NCBI RefSeq assembly: GCF_018350175.1
Contig: NC_058382.1
Span: forward strand, 48,734,001-48,798,000
Source: Felis catus
Lineage: Eukaryota
Length of the DNA stretch: 64,000 bases
Reading direction: 5' to 3'
The stretch's first letter is position 1. The number at the start of each line of letters is the position of its first letter. A program made the position numbers and the translations under genes. The notes under the pieces are model-generated. The model ran no database searches. It was not told the DNA's origin and saw nothing but the letters and a program-made list of their open reading frames with translations. Shown here piece by piece: positions 12,205 to 25,231 of the stretch.

Positions 12205-14983
12205 AAGGAAGGCTGTCTTTGGTAAGAGTGAGTTTGATGCAGAGCATGGTCCTTTTCCCCAAGGCGGCTCTAAATTGAAGATTGACTCATCTCTTCCTTC
12301 TTGGAGCCCTCAGCTCAGTCCTCCACGGGTGCTCTGGCTGGTGGATATTGCACCTCCAGTGGCCTCTGGGATAGACTGTGGAAACACATCAACAGATCCC
12401 ACCTCTTTAGAGGGCGAGGCCTACATTTGGGACTTAGAATGCTAGTCTCTGAGGTCAGCTGCCTCATGGCATTCCCGTGGCAGGGCAGCCCTCCTAGAGT
12501 AAGCCTGGCGAGAAAAATCAAGGAGCCATGCATGGCAGGCAGTCTGGAGAGGTTGAGGGAGTCCTCAAAACAGAGGAACTCCTTTCTCTGCTTTTTGACA
12601 GAGCAAGAGCCACAAGGCCATAGAATGAAGGATTTTGCTAACGGGCAATGATGCAGCTATACAAGGAGGGAGAGGGACTGGGGTCCTTTTCCATGTTGTT
12701 GGCCACTCCCTGGTGGCAATAATATCTATTGAATGAATGCATCCTCTGCCTTTCTCTTGAGATTCAAAGCATTCCCCAGACATCCAGACAAGTGCAGAAG
12801 GAAAAGGAAGCCCTGACAGCTTTTCTGTGGCTCTTCATTATACATCTATGGTATGACTGTGATCTGAACCACAAGCAGTGATGAATGGCCAAGCCACCTG
12901 GCACTTTGTTATCTTTAAAGAAAATCAGAGCCGGATTATTGGCACCCTAGTCCCCTGTTCCGTGGGAGGTGATATGGTCAAATTTAATTGTCCCAGGGAG
13001 GCAGAGTTGGGCACTAAGATCTAAGCTCCCAGCTTTCCAGACTCCTCTCTGGCTTGCCCTGGGCTACCATTCATTTATCCCACTCCTGCTTCCTCCAAAA
13101 GTCCCCAGAGAAACTGATTTATTTTCTAAACTCCTACCTTCAGGGTCTTCTGCCTGTCTCCTGCCTCTCTTAATGTCTGGGGTTTTTCAGCCCTATGGAG
13201 AAACTCCTTTAACCATGTCTTTGGTAGAATCTTGCTGCTGACTGTGGCTAGAGAGCCCATAGACAAGTATGGTTGGGCCTAAGGGAGCTGTTTAGAACCA
13301 GCTCAGGGCAGGCCTTGTGTTCCATATGGTATAATGAAGCGGGAGCCGGGGAAGATGTGACAGGCCCTGTGACCTGCACGCTCTGCCACAGGATAGACCT
13401 AGCGCTCCTCTCCGCACAGTCTGGGGTAAGGATCAGCCAGGGCAGAACTGACTATGAGACCTCAGGTCAACATGTCCACCCCACCTCCCTGGAAGCTGCT
13501 CCCTGACACTGTGGGGACAAGAGGCAGTGCCTATGGGAAAGGAAGCTCTGTAGCAAGACGCTGGTGGTGCTGACCCAGGGAAGGCTGGAGGCAGGGTAGG
13601 GTGCTGAGGAATCTGAGCCAGGGCTGTGTAGTGGGGGTTATCCTCTTGATGCCCACCCAGTATCATAGGGCTCCAGCCCAGAAGAGTTGCCCCAAACTGG
13701 GACTGATAGAACTGTGGCTCTAAACATATCCAACCCAGGAGCACAGGCTCTGAGCTAGAAGCTTTACTCCTTTCATCCTTACAAAAACCCTTACAGAGAT
13801 GGATGAGATTCCCATTTGACAGATAAGGACACAGATCAGAAAAGTTAAATGGTGAATTACTTGTCAGCTATTAACTGACAAGAATGTGAGCAAAGCCAGA
13901 ATGTGAGTCCAAGTTTTTCCAGGCGCTTTCTTCTTTTGGGAGGCTTCACTGGAAAGGGCCTTTGAGCTGGGGCAAACAGATGGGAGATCTTTGGAGACTT
14001 GGCTAGGGAGAACTGCAGCTGGTGGCCTGCAGTGCCTAGGGGAATGACTGAAGAGAGTTCCATTTTAGCAGTCCCGGTATGTCCCTGCTGACAGAAACTT
14101 AAGACTTTGGCCATTTATACATACATCTTTTCCATTGCCTCTGACTTGCTAAATCTAGTTTGTACCTAAGGCCACATGTTTCTTGGTGGTCCACAAGAAG
14201 TTGGAGAAAGCTTTCACTTCTAGAACTGGAAGAGTGGGGGCAGAATATAATCATCACTTCCATCTGCATACTTATATAATGATTTATGAAATGATTTCAA
14301 AGCATTTCTTCATTACCATGACTTCCTCTGATTCTTATAATCCTGGGGTTGCATATGGAGATGACAGTGCTAGGTCCTACAGTGATACAGAAATGATAGA
14401 TTAAAAACATGGTCTTTGTACAACTAGAGTTTGTATTTTGAGTGATGGAGATAGACACGTACATGTCTTTCTAGGCTCTTTATCCGATCTTAATAAACAT
14501 GGGCCAGATTTGGCCTGTGGTCCAAACTAGTTCATAACCCCTAGAGGGTAGGGTATAGGGAGAGATGAGGCTTAAGAAGGTGGCCTGGTTTAGGGATCTC
14601 TGAATGCTATGCTAAAGAGCCTGATCTTGGCCTTAATGGGTGCCCTATCTCATATGTTTTTGAACGCAGGAGGATGATGAGTTTGCCATAAGGACACGCT
14701 GAAGAGGCAGTTGAGAATGTAGGTCTAAAACTCAGAGTAGAAGGCAGCAACAGATTTGGAAGGGGGTGGGGGAAAGAAGCAAAAAGGGCTGAGGGCAGAA
14801 CCTTTGGGATGCATTACAAGCTGAAAGAGACAAGCAAGTGTCTGATTCAAGAAAGTAGATTGCGATGACTACTACTGAGTGTCCACCACTACTAAGTGGT
14901 GGACAGCAATCCTCTCTATCTCAGAGAGGAAGAGGGTGGAAGGAGGATTGCTTTCATCGGATTGTTCAAGAATCGTGGCCTGA

Positions 14984-15350
14984 CAATGAGAAAGAATGAA
15001 ATATGGCCTTTTGTAGCAACGTGGATGGAACTGGAGAGTGTTATGCTAAGTGAAATAAGTCACACAGAAAGACAGATACTGTTATGTTTTCACTCTCGTG
15101 TGGATCCTGAGAAACTAAACAGAAGACCATGGGGGTGGGGAAGGAAGAACAACAACAACAAAAAAGTTAGAGAGGGAGGGAGCCAAACCATAAGAGACTC
15201 TTAAAAACTGAGAATAAACTGAGGGTTGATGGGGGGTGGGAGGGAGGGAAGAGTGGGTGATGGGCATTGAGGAAGGCACCTGTTGGGATGAGCACTGGGT
15301 GTTGTATGGAAACCAATCTGATAATAAATTTCATATTTAAAAAAAAAAAA
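14984..15350 (+). mobile_element. 5'-truncated felid L1 (ORF2 C-terminus, 3'UTR, poly-A)
   Basis: MRKNEIWPFVATWMELESVMLSEISH is the L1 ORF2 end; G-rich tract; AATAAA 15323-15328; A tail; TSD AAGAATCKKGGCCTGA at 14968-14983 and 15351-15366. Confidence 0.92.
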
Positions 15351-15427
15351 AAGAATCTGGGCCTGAAAAGAAAAAAGTGGCTTGCTGCCTGGTGACAGCC
15401 TGGACTAGAATTTGGCTCCTGAATCCA

Positions 15428-15498
15428 CTGCTGCTGCTGCTGCTGCTGCTGCTCTTCTTCTTCTTCTTCTTCTTCTTCTTCTTCTTCTTCTTCTTCTT
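15428..15498. repeat. Compound microsatellite (CTG)8-CT-(CTT)15
   Basis: Read directly; lies in the tail of a minus-strand SINE. Confidence 0.95.
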
Positions 15499-16119
15499 TT
15501 TAAGTTTGTTTATGCACTTATTTTTTTTAGTTTATTATTTTGTTGTTTATTTAAGTAATCTCTACATCCAACATGGGGCTTGAACTCATGACCCCAAGAT
15601 CAAGAGTCACCTGTTCTTTTTTCTTTTTTTCTTTTTTCTTTATTTAAGAGAGAGAAAGCGGGGGTGGGGGTGGGGATTGGGGAGGGGCAGAGAGAGAGGG
15701 AGACACAGAATCCAAGGCAGGCTCCAGGCTCTGAGCTGTCAACACAGAGCCCGACGTGGGACTTGAACCCACACACCGTGAGATCATGACCTGAGCTGAA
15801 GTCGGCCACTCAACCGACTGAGCCACCCAGGCTCCCCTTTCTTTTTTTATATATTAGAGTTTCTTCTGTCTTTTTTTTTTTTAAAGTCTATTTATTTTGA
15901 GAGAGGGAGTGCACAAGAGTAGGGGAGAGGCATAGAGAGAGAGGGAGAGAGAGAATCCGAAGCAGGCTCCATGCTGTCAGCACAGAGCCCAACACAGGGC
16001 TTGATCCCACAAACAGATCATGACCTGAGCCGAAATCAGGAGTTGGAGGCTCAACCTACAGAGCCACCCAGGCATCCCAAGAGTCGCCTGCTTTTTTGAC
16101 TGAGCCAGCCAGGTGCCCC
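15499..16119 (-). mobile_element. Nested CAN-SINE cluster: an outer short SINE interrupted by two full SINEs (~15620-15837, ~15870-16078)
   Basis: Outer element breaks at AAGAGTCACCTG (15602) and resumes at AAGAGTCGCCTG (16079). Confidence 0.85.
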
Positions 16120-17224
16120 AATCCATTACTCTCCTGATATAATTGAAACAAAAACCTGGGCCTACTGTAGGCAGGCTGGGGACTCAAAAGAGTCAGATGG
16201 GCCTTTCATCAATGGTGTCCTTATGGCCAATATGCATTTTTCTCTGGCCAGATAAAAGACTGTGAAAGTCACGTGGTATGGAAGAGGGGCTGATGGCTTG
16301 GGTGGCCTTCTCCTGTGAAGGCCTAGTCAGACCACATTTGAAAAATCCTGCTTGCATGTCTGCACACCCCATCCCTACCCTTAGGGTAGACTGTACTGAA
16401 AATGGGGTGGGGATGGGAGAACAGTTTTCATCGGGACTCTTGATCAGCTTACCTCAGGCTCTCTCAGTCTGCTTCCTTCAGAGTTCTGGCTGGAGTTCTG
16501 TGAATCTTGTTAGAGATGGTTTGATATGCCTTCCCAGGAGACTGGTATTGGCAGGGATCCTCAGTTACTTGGTACAGATGGTTTAATCCAACTCATCCAA
16601 GTCAAGATGGCACTATAAATTTATATCTAAACACATAGCAGTAATATACAAAAAGATAAAATTCTAAAAACATAGTCATACACTCCCCCTCCTTCCCCAC
16701 ACACAAAACCACAAACATCCCTGTAATGAGAAATGGGGCAGGAACACAAAGAGGAGACCAGGGCTGAAGCTGCAGACCTGCTGGTCTTTGAGTCTGGAAG
16801 CAGGCAGAAGCAGCTGGAAATCTGGGGTAACAGAGCTATAAAGTTCTCCACATGAAGCATAGAATTAGAGTTTGTACACTGCTTGAACTCAGGGGCTGGA
16901 AAAGTAGGTAAAAAAAAAGTTTCCAACCCTGCTCTGGGGCTACGACTTATAAAGATGCTTGCCTAGGGAGAAAGAACCTCACATCCTGGACCTAAGCTGA
17001 GTGAGTGCTATAAGATTTGATCCTAGAGCCAGAGGACCTGGGGAGACAAAGGTGAAAACCTCTAGACAGGGAAGCAAAAGTAAAGTATAACAGATAAGAT
17101 GAATTTATACACTAAAGTTTAGAAACATATGGGGAAACTAATGAGAAAAAAGGAACCAATAAAAATCAAAAAAATTTTACCTCAGAAGAAATGAAAATAA
17201 CAGAGTAATTAGAGAATGTCTTTA

Positions 17225-17940
17225 GAGGTGCCTGGGTGGCTCAGTGGGTTAAGTGTGGACTCTTTTTCAAAAAACATTTTTTTAAACATTTATTCATTTT
17301 TGAGAGACAGAGCACAAGCAGAGGTGGGGCACAGAGAGAGGGAGATATAGAATCCAAAGCAGGCTCCAGGCTCTGAACTATCAGTACAGAGCCCAATGTG
17401 GGGCTCAAACCTTGAGATCATGACCTGAGCCAAAGTCGGGTGCTTAACCGACTGAGCCATCCAGGCACCCCCAATTGCGAACTCTTTTTTTTTTTAATTT
17501 TTTTAATGTTTATTTATTTTTGAGACAGAGAGAGACACAGCATGAGCAGGGAAGGGGCAGAGAGAGAGGGAGACACAGAATGTGAAGCAGGCTCCAGGCT
17601 CTGAGCTGCCAGCACAGAGCCCGACGCGGGGCTCGAACTCACGAGCTGTGAGATGACCTGAGCCGAAGTCCGATGCTCAACCGACTGAGCCACCCAGGCA
17701 CCCCGCAAACTCTTGATTTCAGCTCAGGTCATGCTCTCACAGTCTGTGAGATCGAGGGCTGCATTGGGCTCTGTGCTGACAGTGTGGAGCCTGTTTAGGA
17801 TTCTCTCTCCCCACCCCTCTCTGTCCCTCCCCTGCTCATTCTATCTCCCTCCCTCCCTTCCTCTCTCTCTATCTCTTTCTCTCTCTCTCTCTCCAAATAA
17901 ATAAATAAATAAACAAACAAACAAACAAACTTTAAAAAAA
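17225..17940. mobile_element. Nested CAN-SINE cluster: a + SINE interrupted by two - SINEs (17265-17472, 17487-17704)
   Basis: Head at 17225-17264, body resumes at TCTTGATTTCAGCTCAGG (17711); ACTCTT target end repeated three times. Confidence 0.88.
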
Positions 17941-17944
17941 GAGA

Positions 17945-18680
17945 CCCTCAAAGAGATAAGGAAACGTTAAATCCATTAAAGAAAATAAAGGAAGCTACAA
18001 AAGGAAAAAGAAACAGGAAGATGTCAGTATGAAAAGTACTAAAAATTCTAGCAGTGAAAAATAGTGTCATTTGAATTTGAAACAGTAGATAGAACTCTAG
18101 CCTGGACACCGAATTCATGAATTGGAAGATGATATTGAGGACTCCATCTAGAACACAACGTAGATGTGGAGGACAGATTGACAGGCTTGGCATGTACCTA
18201 ATAGGAATTCCAGATATGGGTCAAGAAAACGGCAAGGAATTAATATTTGAAGAGAAAATGGCTGAAAATTCCAGAACTGAAGAGACAGCATGAGTACCAA
18301 ACAATAAATAGATATCTAGGCATAATATAGTGAAACAGCAGGCAAAAATAAAGAGAAAATGTTAAAAACTACCTGAGCAAACAAGAATTCAAAGGAATGA
18401 CAATTAGGCTAATGTACACCACATCAACTTAGACACCAGAAGATGATAGAGGGGTATCTTATGGAAGCTAGAACTCTCCACCCCACTATCATTCAAGAAC
18501 GAGGTAAAATTAAAGGTATTTCTGAACATGCTAAGGCAGTTTTATCACCTACAGGCCTTTGCTAAAAGATCTACTAAAGGTATACTTCATCAAGAAGAAA
18601 AGTAAACCTGGGAAAAGGAGCAGGTTGTTAGCGCCATCATGGAGCACAGAAATTGACACATCATGTTGATAAATTTAACT
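17945..18680 (+). mobile_element. Highly decayed L1 (ORF1-like region)
   Basis: A-rich strand with L1-like motifs (TAATAGGAATTCCAGA; ATATTTGAAGAGAAAATGGCTGAAAATT; AGACACCAGAAGA). Confidence 0.6.
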
Positions 18681-18689
18681 ATAGGACAG

Positions 18690-19243
18690 TATATCATGAT
18701 GCTTTCTGCTACAAGTAAAAGAATAACCCACAGTGACTTAAACTGTAAAAAAATACTTAATTTGCTTATAATGAGAAATATGGAGATAGGAAGTTCCAGG
18801 GTTGGGGCAGTAGTCCAGTATTGACATGAAGGACCCTAGATCATTCCATTTTTCTGCTCTGCCATCCTCAGGGTGAAAGATCTCTCTCCTCATGGTTTTG
18901 AGATGGCTGCTGCAGCTCCATGCATTGTGTCATTACTCTAGCATCCCAAGCAGGAAGGCAAGGAGATGCTAGCTAAGAGGAAGTTTTGAATGTGCCTCTT
19001 TGTTAGGAAAGAGAACCTTTCCAAGAAAGCCCCTGCAGACATCTCCTTATGTCTCATTGGCCCGGGCTGATCCGTCCTTAGACCAATTCCAGATAAAAGG
19101 GAACAGACTTACTGTGCTTGGCCTTGACTAGGCTTGCCTCATCTCCTGGGACTGGCTCCTTTGTTGCCTGAACAAAATCAGGACTCTGTTGGCAAGAAAA
19201 AAGGGGAGTAGCTGCTGGTAGGCAACCAGCAGTGCCTGCCACA
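18690..19243. mobile_element. MaLR (MLT1-like) solo LTR; similar remnants near 6130-6500 and 50495-50830
   Basis: AGATGGCTGCTGCAGCTCCA, TCTCATTGGCC and terminal GGTAGGCAACCAGCAGTGCCTGCCACA are typical of MLT1; by eye. Confidence 0.6.
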
Positions 19244-20247
19244 GATGACGAAACACACAAAAATCCAGTGTCTAATTTGTTTTTTAATTAAAAAAAAAAA
19301 AAGTTAAAATTGTTGACCACATTGTCAGGGAAGAATAAGGTATAATGAAGTAGGGAATTTCATTGTTAAATCACACCAAATTGTTGCCTTGTTCAAGGGG
19401 ATAGCGTGGCTAAAAACTTGCAGACTTCACTTTTTAAAAAATGTATATATGCTAACAATTTAACCACTAAAAAAAGAGAAATATAATTTTTAAGCCAGGA
19501 GGAAAAAGAATGGGGGGATCAGGGAGAACAAAGCATGCCAATCCAACAGAAGTCAGGAAAAGAAAAAAGAACTCAAGAAATCGTAAAGAGAAAACACAAA
19601 GTAAGGTCATAACAGAAGTCCAAATACATAAATATAATGGATTACATTCATGTTTCCAAAAAAAAAAAAAAATCTCTGTCTTTTTGGATAAAAAGCAGTA
19701 AGTGGAAAAAAAAAAAAAAGCAATAAGTGGTCTGGAGCATGGAGACGCCTATCAGTGAGACTCAGGGCCGTATCAGGAATGGCTTTTGGCCTTTGTCACC
19801 AGGCGGTTCTGTTCTTTAAATGACTTTCTGTTCCTTGCCTCATCTTTTCCTTTCTCCCCAACTGTTTATGTCTGGCCTTGTCTGCTCAGCTCTTGAGATA
19901 ATGTCGTTTTTCTAGACTTTTCTTTCTTCCCTAGTATGGATATGTATAGTGAATTCTTGGACTTTTCCCTGATGAAAACAAACCACATTGGGACCCCATG
20001 AGTGTGGAGCAGAGCTGGGCCAGAGTGGAGCACATCGTGGTGCTCCCTCTGCCCCACCCATTCCCACACCTCAGAGCCCAGCAGTCCTCCCCCAAGAGCC
20101 TGCCTCTTAAGGGGCAACATTGGTCCTCTCATAGTGAAGACTGGTGGTTTATTTTTTAGGACCTAATTTAAAGTTAGCGAGAGTGATGGCTGTGGATTTG
20201 AGGAAATTTGTTCGCTCATGAGCTCTGGTTTCCTGACTGCTAACTCT

Positions 20248-20250
<3 letters not shown>

Positions 20251-20300
<50 letters not shown>

Positions 20301-20307
20301 CCAGCAG
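20251..20307 (+). repeat. (CAG)16 CAC (CAG)2 trinucleotide repeat
   Basis: Read directly; unique, non-transposon flanks. Confidence 0.97.
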
Positions 20308-21899
20308 AGCTGAGCCCAGACTGGATGTCAAGTCAAGGAAGGGAGGCGCTCAAGAGACAGAGGCTGCCCGAGGGTATATAACTGGGGTGCAAGGAGGGCC
20401 TGAGTCACTGGGATAACTGTGATGGGCCTGTGCCAGAGGCTGGTGCCAGGCTATTGCAATGAGATGACTTCACTTAGCTGAACACGCGAAGGTGAAGCCA
20501 CCAGTTCTCAGGCACTTCAAGGGCATGCCTCCCTGGGTTTGAGACTATCAGGTCTTTTCCTCAAAACAATGACTGCCCCCGCCCCCCTTTGCCCCAGGCA
20601 CCTTCTGCCAGGGTAGGCAGGGAGGCAGGGAGTTTGCTGGGTTGCTAGGTTGGCCGGGATCTGGGGCACGGGGAACCTTTCAATTGTTGTACCCCAGTTA
20701 GTGGGAAGAGCCTCTCTGGTAGCCAGTGGGTGCTTGTGGCAGGAGCACTGGCCTTGGAGCCATCAGGCCTGGTTGGCATTAAAACTCTGTCACTTACTGT
20801 CTGGATGACCTCGTTCAGTTAGTCTTGAGACTTCTGTGAATACTAAATGAGAGGCTATGCCCCCAAATGCTCAGAAACTCATATAGCATCATGCAGTGTG
20901 AGTAATCTGTGGTTTGATGCCTTCATATTAAGACTCTGGGACACGTCCTCAGGCTGTGTGACAGTGGGTGGAAAGAGGGTACTTTGTCAGCGTCTTGCTG
21001 GGTTTTTTTTTCCTTCTCCCCATTCCTTCCAGATTCAAGCCCCCCCCCCCCACCTCCATCCTCCAAGCCTTATTTTGACATTTCTTTTCTCTGCCTGCCA
21101 AGAAGATTGTGTTCAGCTGCGCTGGTCTGAGGCTGTGCTATCCTGTGCTTCATTAGGTTAATTCGATGGCTTGTCTCCTGGGAACTGACCAGAGGAGAGG
21201 TTCTAAAACCACCCTAGCCTCCAAAAGCCAATCCTCCCTGTTCTCCTTTTGGAGCAGCCTTTGCTGCTCAATCCCATACACCTGCTTTTCCTCTCCTCTA
21301 CCTGTAAACTAAAGGCCCCCTTTAGCTTCTATTGGTTGTTCAAGCGTGCATCCCTTGATTGATAGAAGGTGTAGGGGAGGGAGACCATCCATTCTTCAAG
21401 GCCCGTGCTGCCCCTGATGTTCTGGATTCCGGTCACCAGTTCCTCAGTTCATTCTCAGCATCCTAAGCTCGGTCAGCCATTTAGGGGACATTTATTGTTC
21501 AGCAGTCTTACCAAATATGCTAATTTGTGACCGCAAACCAGGCAGCATTGCTCTGCCACCTACTAAATTTCTCATGTGACTTCCCTTCTCTCTTAGAAGC
21601 CTATTTCACATCTGGTCTCTGTAAATCTCCAACCCCAACAATGAAGAGACCCTCATTTTCCTACTGCCAAATCCCTCCCTGTGTCTGTGCCCTGACTCTG
21701 CTTTGCTTCCTGTTTCTTAGGCAGACCCTCTCCGTGTAGGTCCAGCTCCCATCCCTTCTTACTATCAAGGATTTGGCTTCTCCACTGTATTCTTTTTCCT
21801 GCAGCATTAACTTTTTCCTCTACCAGCATACAAATATTCTGCAGTATCTCCCAACTTAACCCCCATTCCACTTCGTTCCATTCTTAATTTCTTTTTTTT

Positions 21900-22140
21900 T
21901 TTTTTCTGGCAACACCTTTATTGAGTTATAATTCACATACCATACAGTTCACTCATTTTGAGGGTACAATTCAGTGGGTTTTAGTCTACTTACATGGTTA
22001 TGCATCCATCACCACAAACAATTTTAGAACATTTCATCACCTAGAAGGCAACCCCATACCCATTAGCAGTCACTCCCCAACTCCCCCTAGGCAACTACTG
22101 CTTTATGGATTTGCCTGTTCTGGAAATTTCATATCATGTG
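21900..22140 (-). mobile_element. Old L1 3' end
   Basis: TTTATTGAGTTATAATTCACATACCATACAGTTCACTCATTT...ATCACCACA-type motifs. Confidence 0.75.
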
Positions 22141-22188
22141 TATACACACACGCTCTCTCTCTCTCTCTGTCTTTAAAGAATGAAAATA

Positions 22189-22611
22189 GGGATGTCTGAC
22201 TTCAGCTCAGGTCATGTTCTCACAGTTGATGGTTTGAACCCCACGTGGGTCAGGCTCTGTGCTGACAGCCCAGAGCCTGGAGCTTGCTTCTGATTCTGTG
22301 TCTCCCACTCTCTGGTCCTCCCCCGCTCATGCTCTGTATCACTCTCTCTCTCTCTCTCAAAAATAAATAAACGTTAAAAAAAAAAAAGGAATGAAAATAG
22401 GAGCACCTGGATGGCTCAGTCAGTTAAGCTTCCGACTCGTAATTTCAGCTTAGGTCATGATCTCATGGTTCATGAGATCGAGCCCCACATCAGGCTCTGC
22501 ACTGAGCATGGAGGTTGATTGGGATTCTCTCTCTCCCTCTGTGCACCTCCGCTGCTTGCTCACTCGTGTGCACTTTCTCTCTTGCTGTCTCTCTCAAAAT
22601 AAATTTAAAAA
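22189..22611 (+). mobile_element. Two tandem CAN-SINEs (22189-22385, head deleted; 22400-22611)
   Basis: Shared TSD AARGAATGAAAATA present three times. Confidence 0.9.
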
Positions 22612-22639
22612 AAAGAATGAAAATAAAAAAGACTGTTTC

Positions 22640-23740
22640 CACCACCTAAGTTAAGGAGTAATACATTACCCAATACTTCTGAAGCCTCTGTAAGCCCCTC
22701 CTTGATCTTACCTACCTTCCTGTCCCTTCAGAGGAATTTCCCGAATTTTACATTTTTTCTTTGATTTTCTCTATTGTTTTATCTTCTATATATAGAGAAA
22801 GGCATATGCTTAGCTTTGCATACTTTTGAACTTTTTATGAACTCCTACTACTGGCATTCATCCATGACTTACTTTTCTTGCTCAACATAGTCATTTTTTG
22901 GTCATAATCATCCCTTTTGATGTCTGAAACTAGAGTTCAATCATTTTTTCTATATGACATGAATGTACCACAATTTACCCTTTTTATTCTGAGGGACATT
23001 TGGGTTGTTTGCATTTTTCGGTTATTACCAAGCGGTGTCTTCAACATCCTTGTATGTCTTTTGGTGCACATGTCCATATGTACCTGGTAGTAGAAATACT
23101 AGAGTTGATTACACACCTGCCAGGAGGCCTAAAATTTTAAAGATAGAAAATTTCAAGAACATGGAACAAATGGGACTCTCATATACCACTGGTGGAAATG
23201 TAAAATGCTACAGCCACTTTGAAACACTATTTGATAATTTCTAGTAAAGTTTAGCATACACCTTCCCTATGACCCAGTAATTCCACTCCCAGGTATTTAC
23301 CCAAGAGAAATAAGAGTAAGTGTCTACAAAAAGATGTATACAAGAAGTTCAGGGCAGCTTTATTCATAACAACCCCAAATTGGAAGCAACTCAAATTTCC
23401 AAACATGGAAAAGAACAGACTACAGATACGTACAGTATGGACAAACCTCCAGAACACTCCACTGAGCAAACGAAGCCAGACATGCAAGAATACATAATAG
23501 GTGTTTCTATGAATTTCAAGAGCAATTAAATGTAACATATGGTGACAGAAATCAGAAAAGTGGTGGAGTGCAGGATATTGATCGGAAAGGAGCACAAGGG
23601 AGCTTTCTGGGGTGATAGAAATTGCTCTCTGTTTTCTAATGGGTGGCTACACAGATGTGCACATAGGTAAAAATTCATCAAGCTTTACATTGAAAGACCA
23701 CTGCATTTTATTGGATATGAATTAAACCCCAGTGGAAAAA
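22640..23740. mobile_element. Old L1 fragments (- strand ~22640-23100; + strand ~23105-23740)
   Basis: TATGACCCAGTAATTCCACTCCCAGGTATTTACCCAAGAGAAAT and related L1 ORF2-end and 3'UTR motifs. Confidence 0.75.
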
Positions 23741-24259
23741 ATAGATCGTCCCAAGTGGGAGTGAGATTTGGGGGGGGGGGGGTGGTAATGAAACAGTATA
23801 TTTAACCTGTTGTCAGGCTTCACCTTAAGCTTTAAATCTGCTTAAAATGACAAGCAGGCCAAATTCCCTGGATTTGTTATTCAGTGATTCTAAATATTTA
23901 GCCTTTCAATGAGAAAGCATTAATTCCCACCCATACCTCAGGAAGATTTATCTCTGAAGATACTCACACAAAGGAAGTCATAAAATAAATTAGCCCAGGA
24001 CAACTGAGGAAAATTTCTACTCTTGCATTCTGTTCCCACACCATGTTTTTTTGTGAGAAAGATGGTTTTTAGTTTCTCTTTTAAAAAACACAAAACACCA
24101 CTGGGATATTCTTATGTCTGTCTTTATTAGGTAGTACCACATTATCTTCCAAAGCATTGTACCAACTTATTGTCCTAATAGTGGTGTATGAGTGTTCTTA
24201 ATACTCCACATCCTCTGCCAATTCTTGGTACTGTTAGGTTTTTTTTTTTAATTTCCCAC

Positions 24260-25184
24260 AAAAATCCTGGAAGACAGTGCAAGCAATAATGTCTGTGACA
24301 TTGGCCATAGCAACATTTTTCTAGATATGTCTCCTGAGGCAAGAGAAATAAAAGCAAAAATAAATTATTGGGACTACATCAAAATAAAAAGCTGCCCAAT
24401 GAAGGAAGCAATCAACAAAACTAAAAGGGTTAGTATCCAAAATACATAAAGAACTTATTATACAAATCAACACCCAAAAAACAGATAAGCCAATTAAAAA
24501 ATGGTCAGGGGCACCTAGGTGGCTCAGTTGGTTAAGCTTCCGACTTCGACTCAGGTCATGATCTCACAGTTGGTGGGTTTGGGCCCTACATCAGGCTCTG
24601 TGCTGACAGCTCAGAGCCTGGAACCTGCTTCAGCTTCTGTGTCTCCCTATCTCTGCCCCTCCCCTGCATGTGCTCTCTCTCTGTCTCTCAAAAATAAGTA
24701 AACATTAAAAAAAATTTTTTTTAGTTGGCAGAATACATAACAGACATTTCTCCAAAGAACACATACAGATGGTCAACAGACACATGAAAAGCTGCTCAAC
24801 ATCACTTGTCATCAGGAAAGTACAAATCAAAACTACAATGAGATATCACCTCACACCTGTCAGAATGGCTAAAGTCAACAACACAAGAAACAAGTGTTGG
24901 CAAGGGTGTGAAGAAAAAAGGAACACTCATGTACTGTTGGTAGGAATGTAAACTGGTGCAGCCACTGTGGAAAACAGTATAGAGGTTCCTCAGAAAGTTA
25001 AAAATAGAACTGGGTTGCCTGAGTGGCTGAGCCAGTTAAAGGTTCCACTCTTGATCTCAGCTCAGGTCTTGAGGTCGGTCGTGAGTTCAAGTTCTACATT
25101 GGGCTCTGTGCTGCACAGGAAGCCTACTTAAAATCAATAAATAAATAAACAAACAAACAAACACACATTTATATACACATATAT

Positions 25185-25231
<47 letters not shown>

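Noticed and set aside
20149..20331. Poly-Leu ORF resembling a signal peptide, or a polyQ frame
   Set aside because: Produced by the CAG/CTG repeat; non-ATG start and no supporting exon structure
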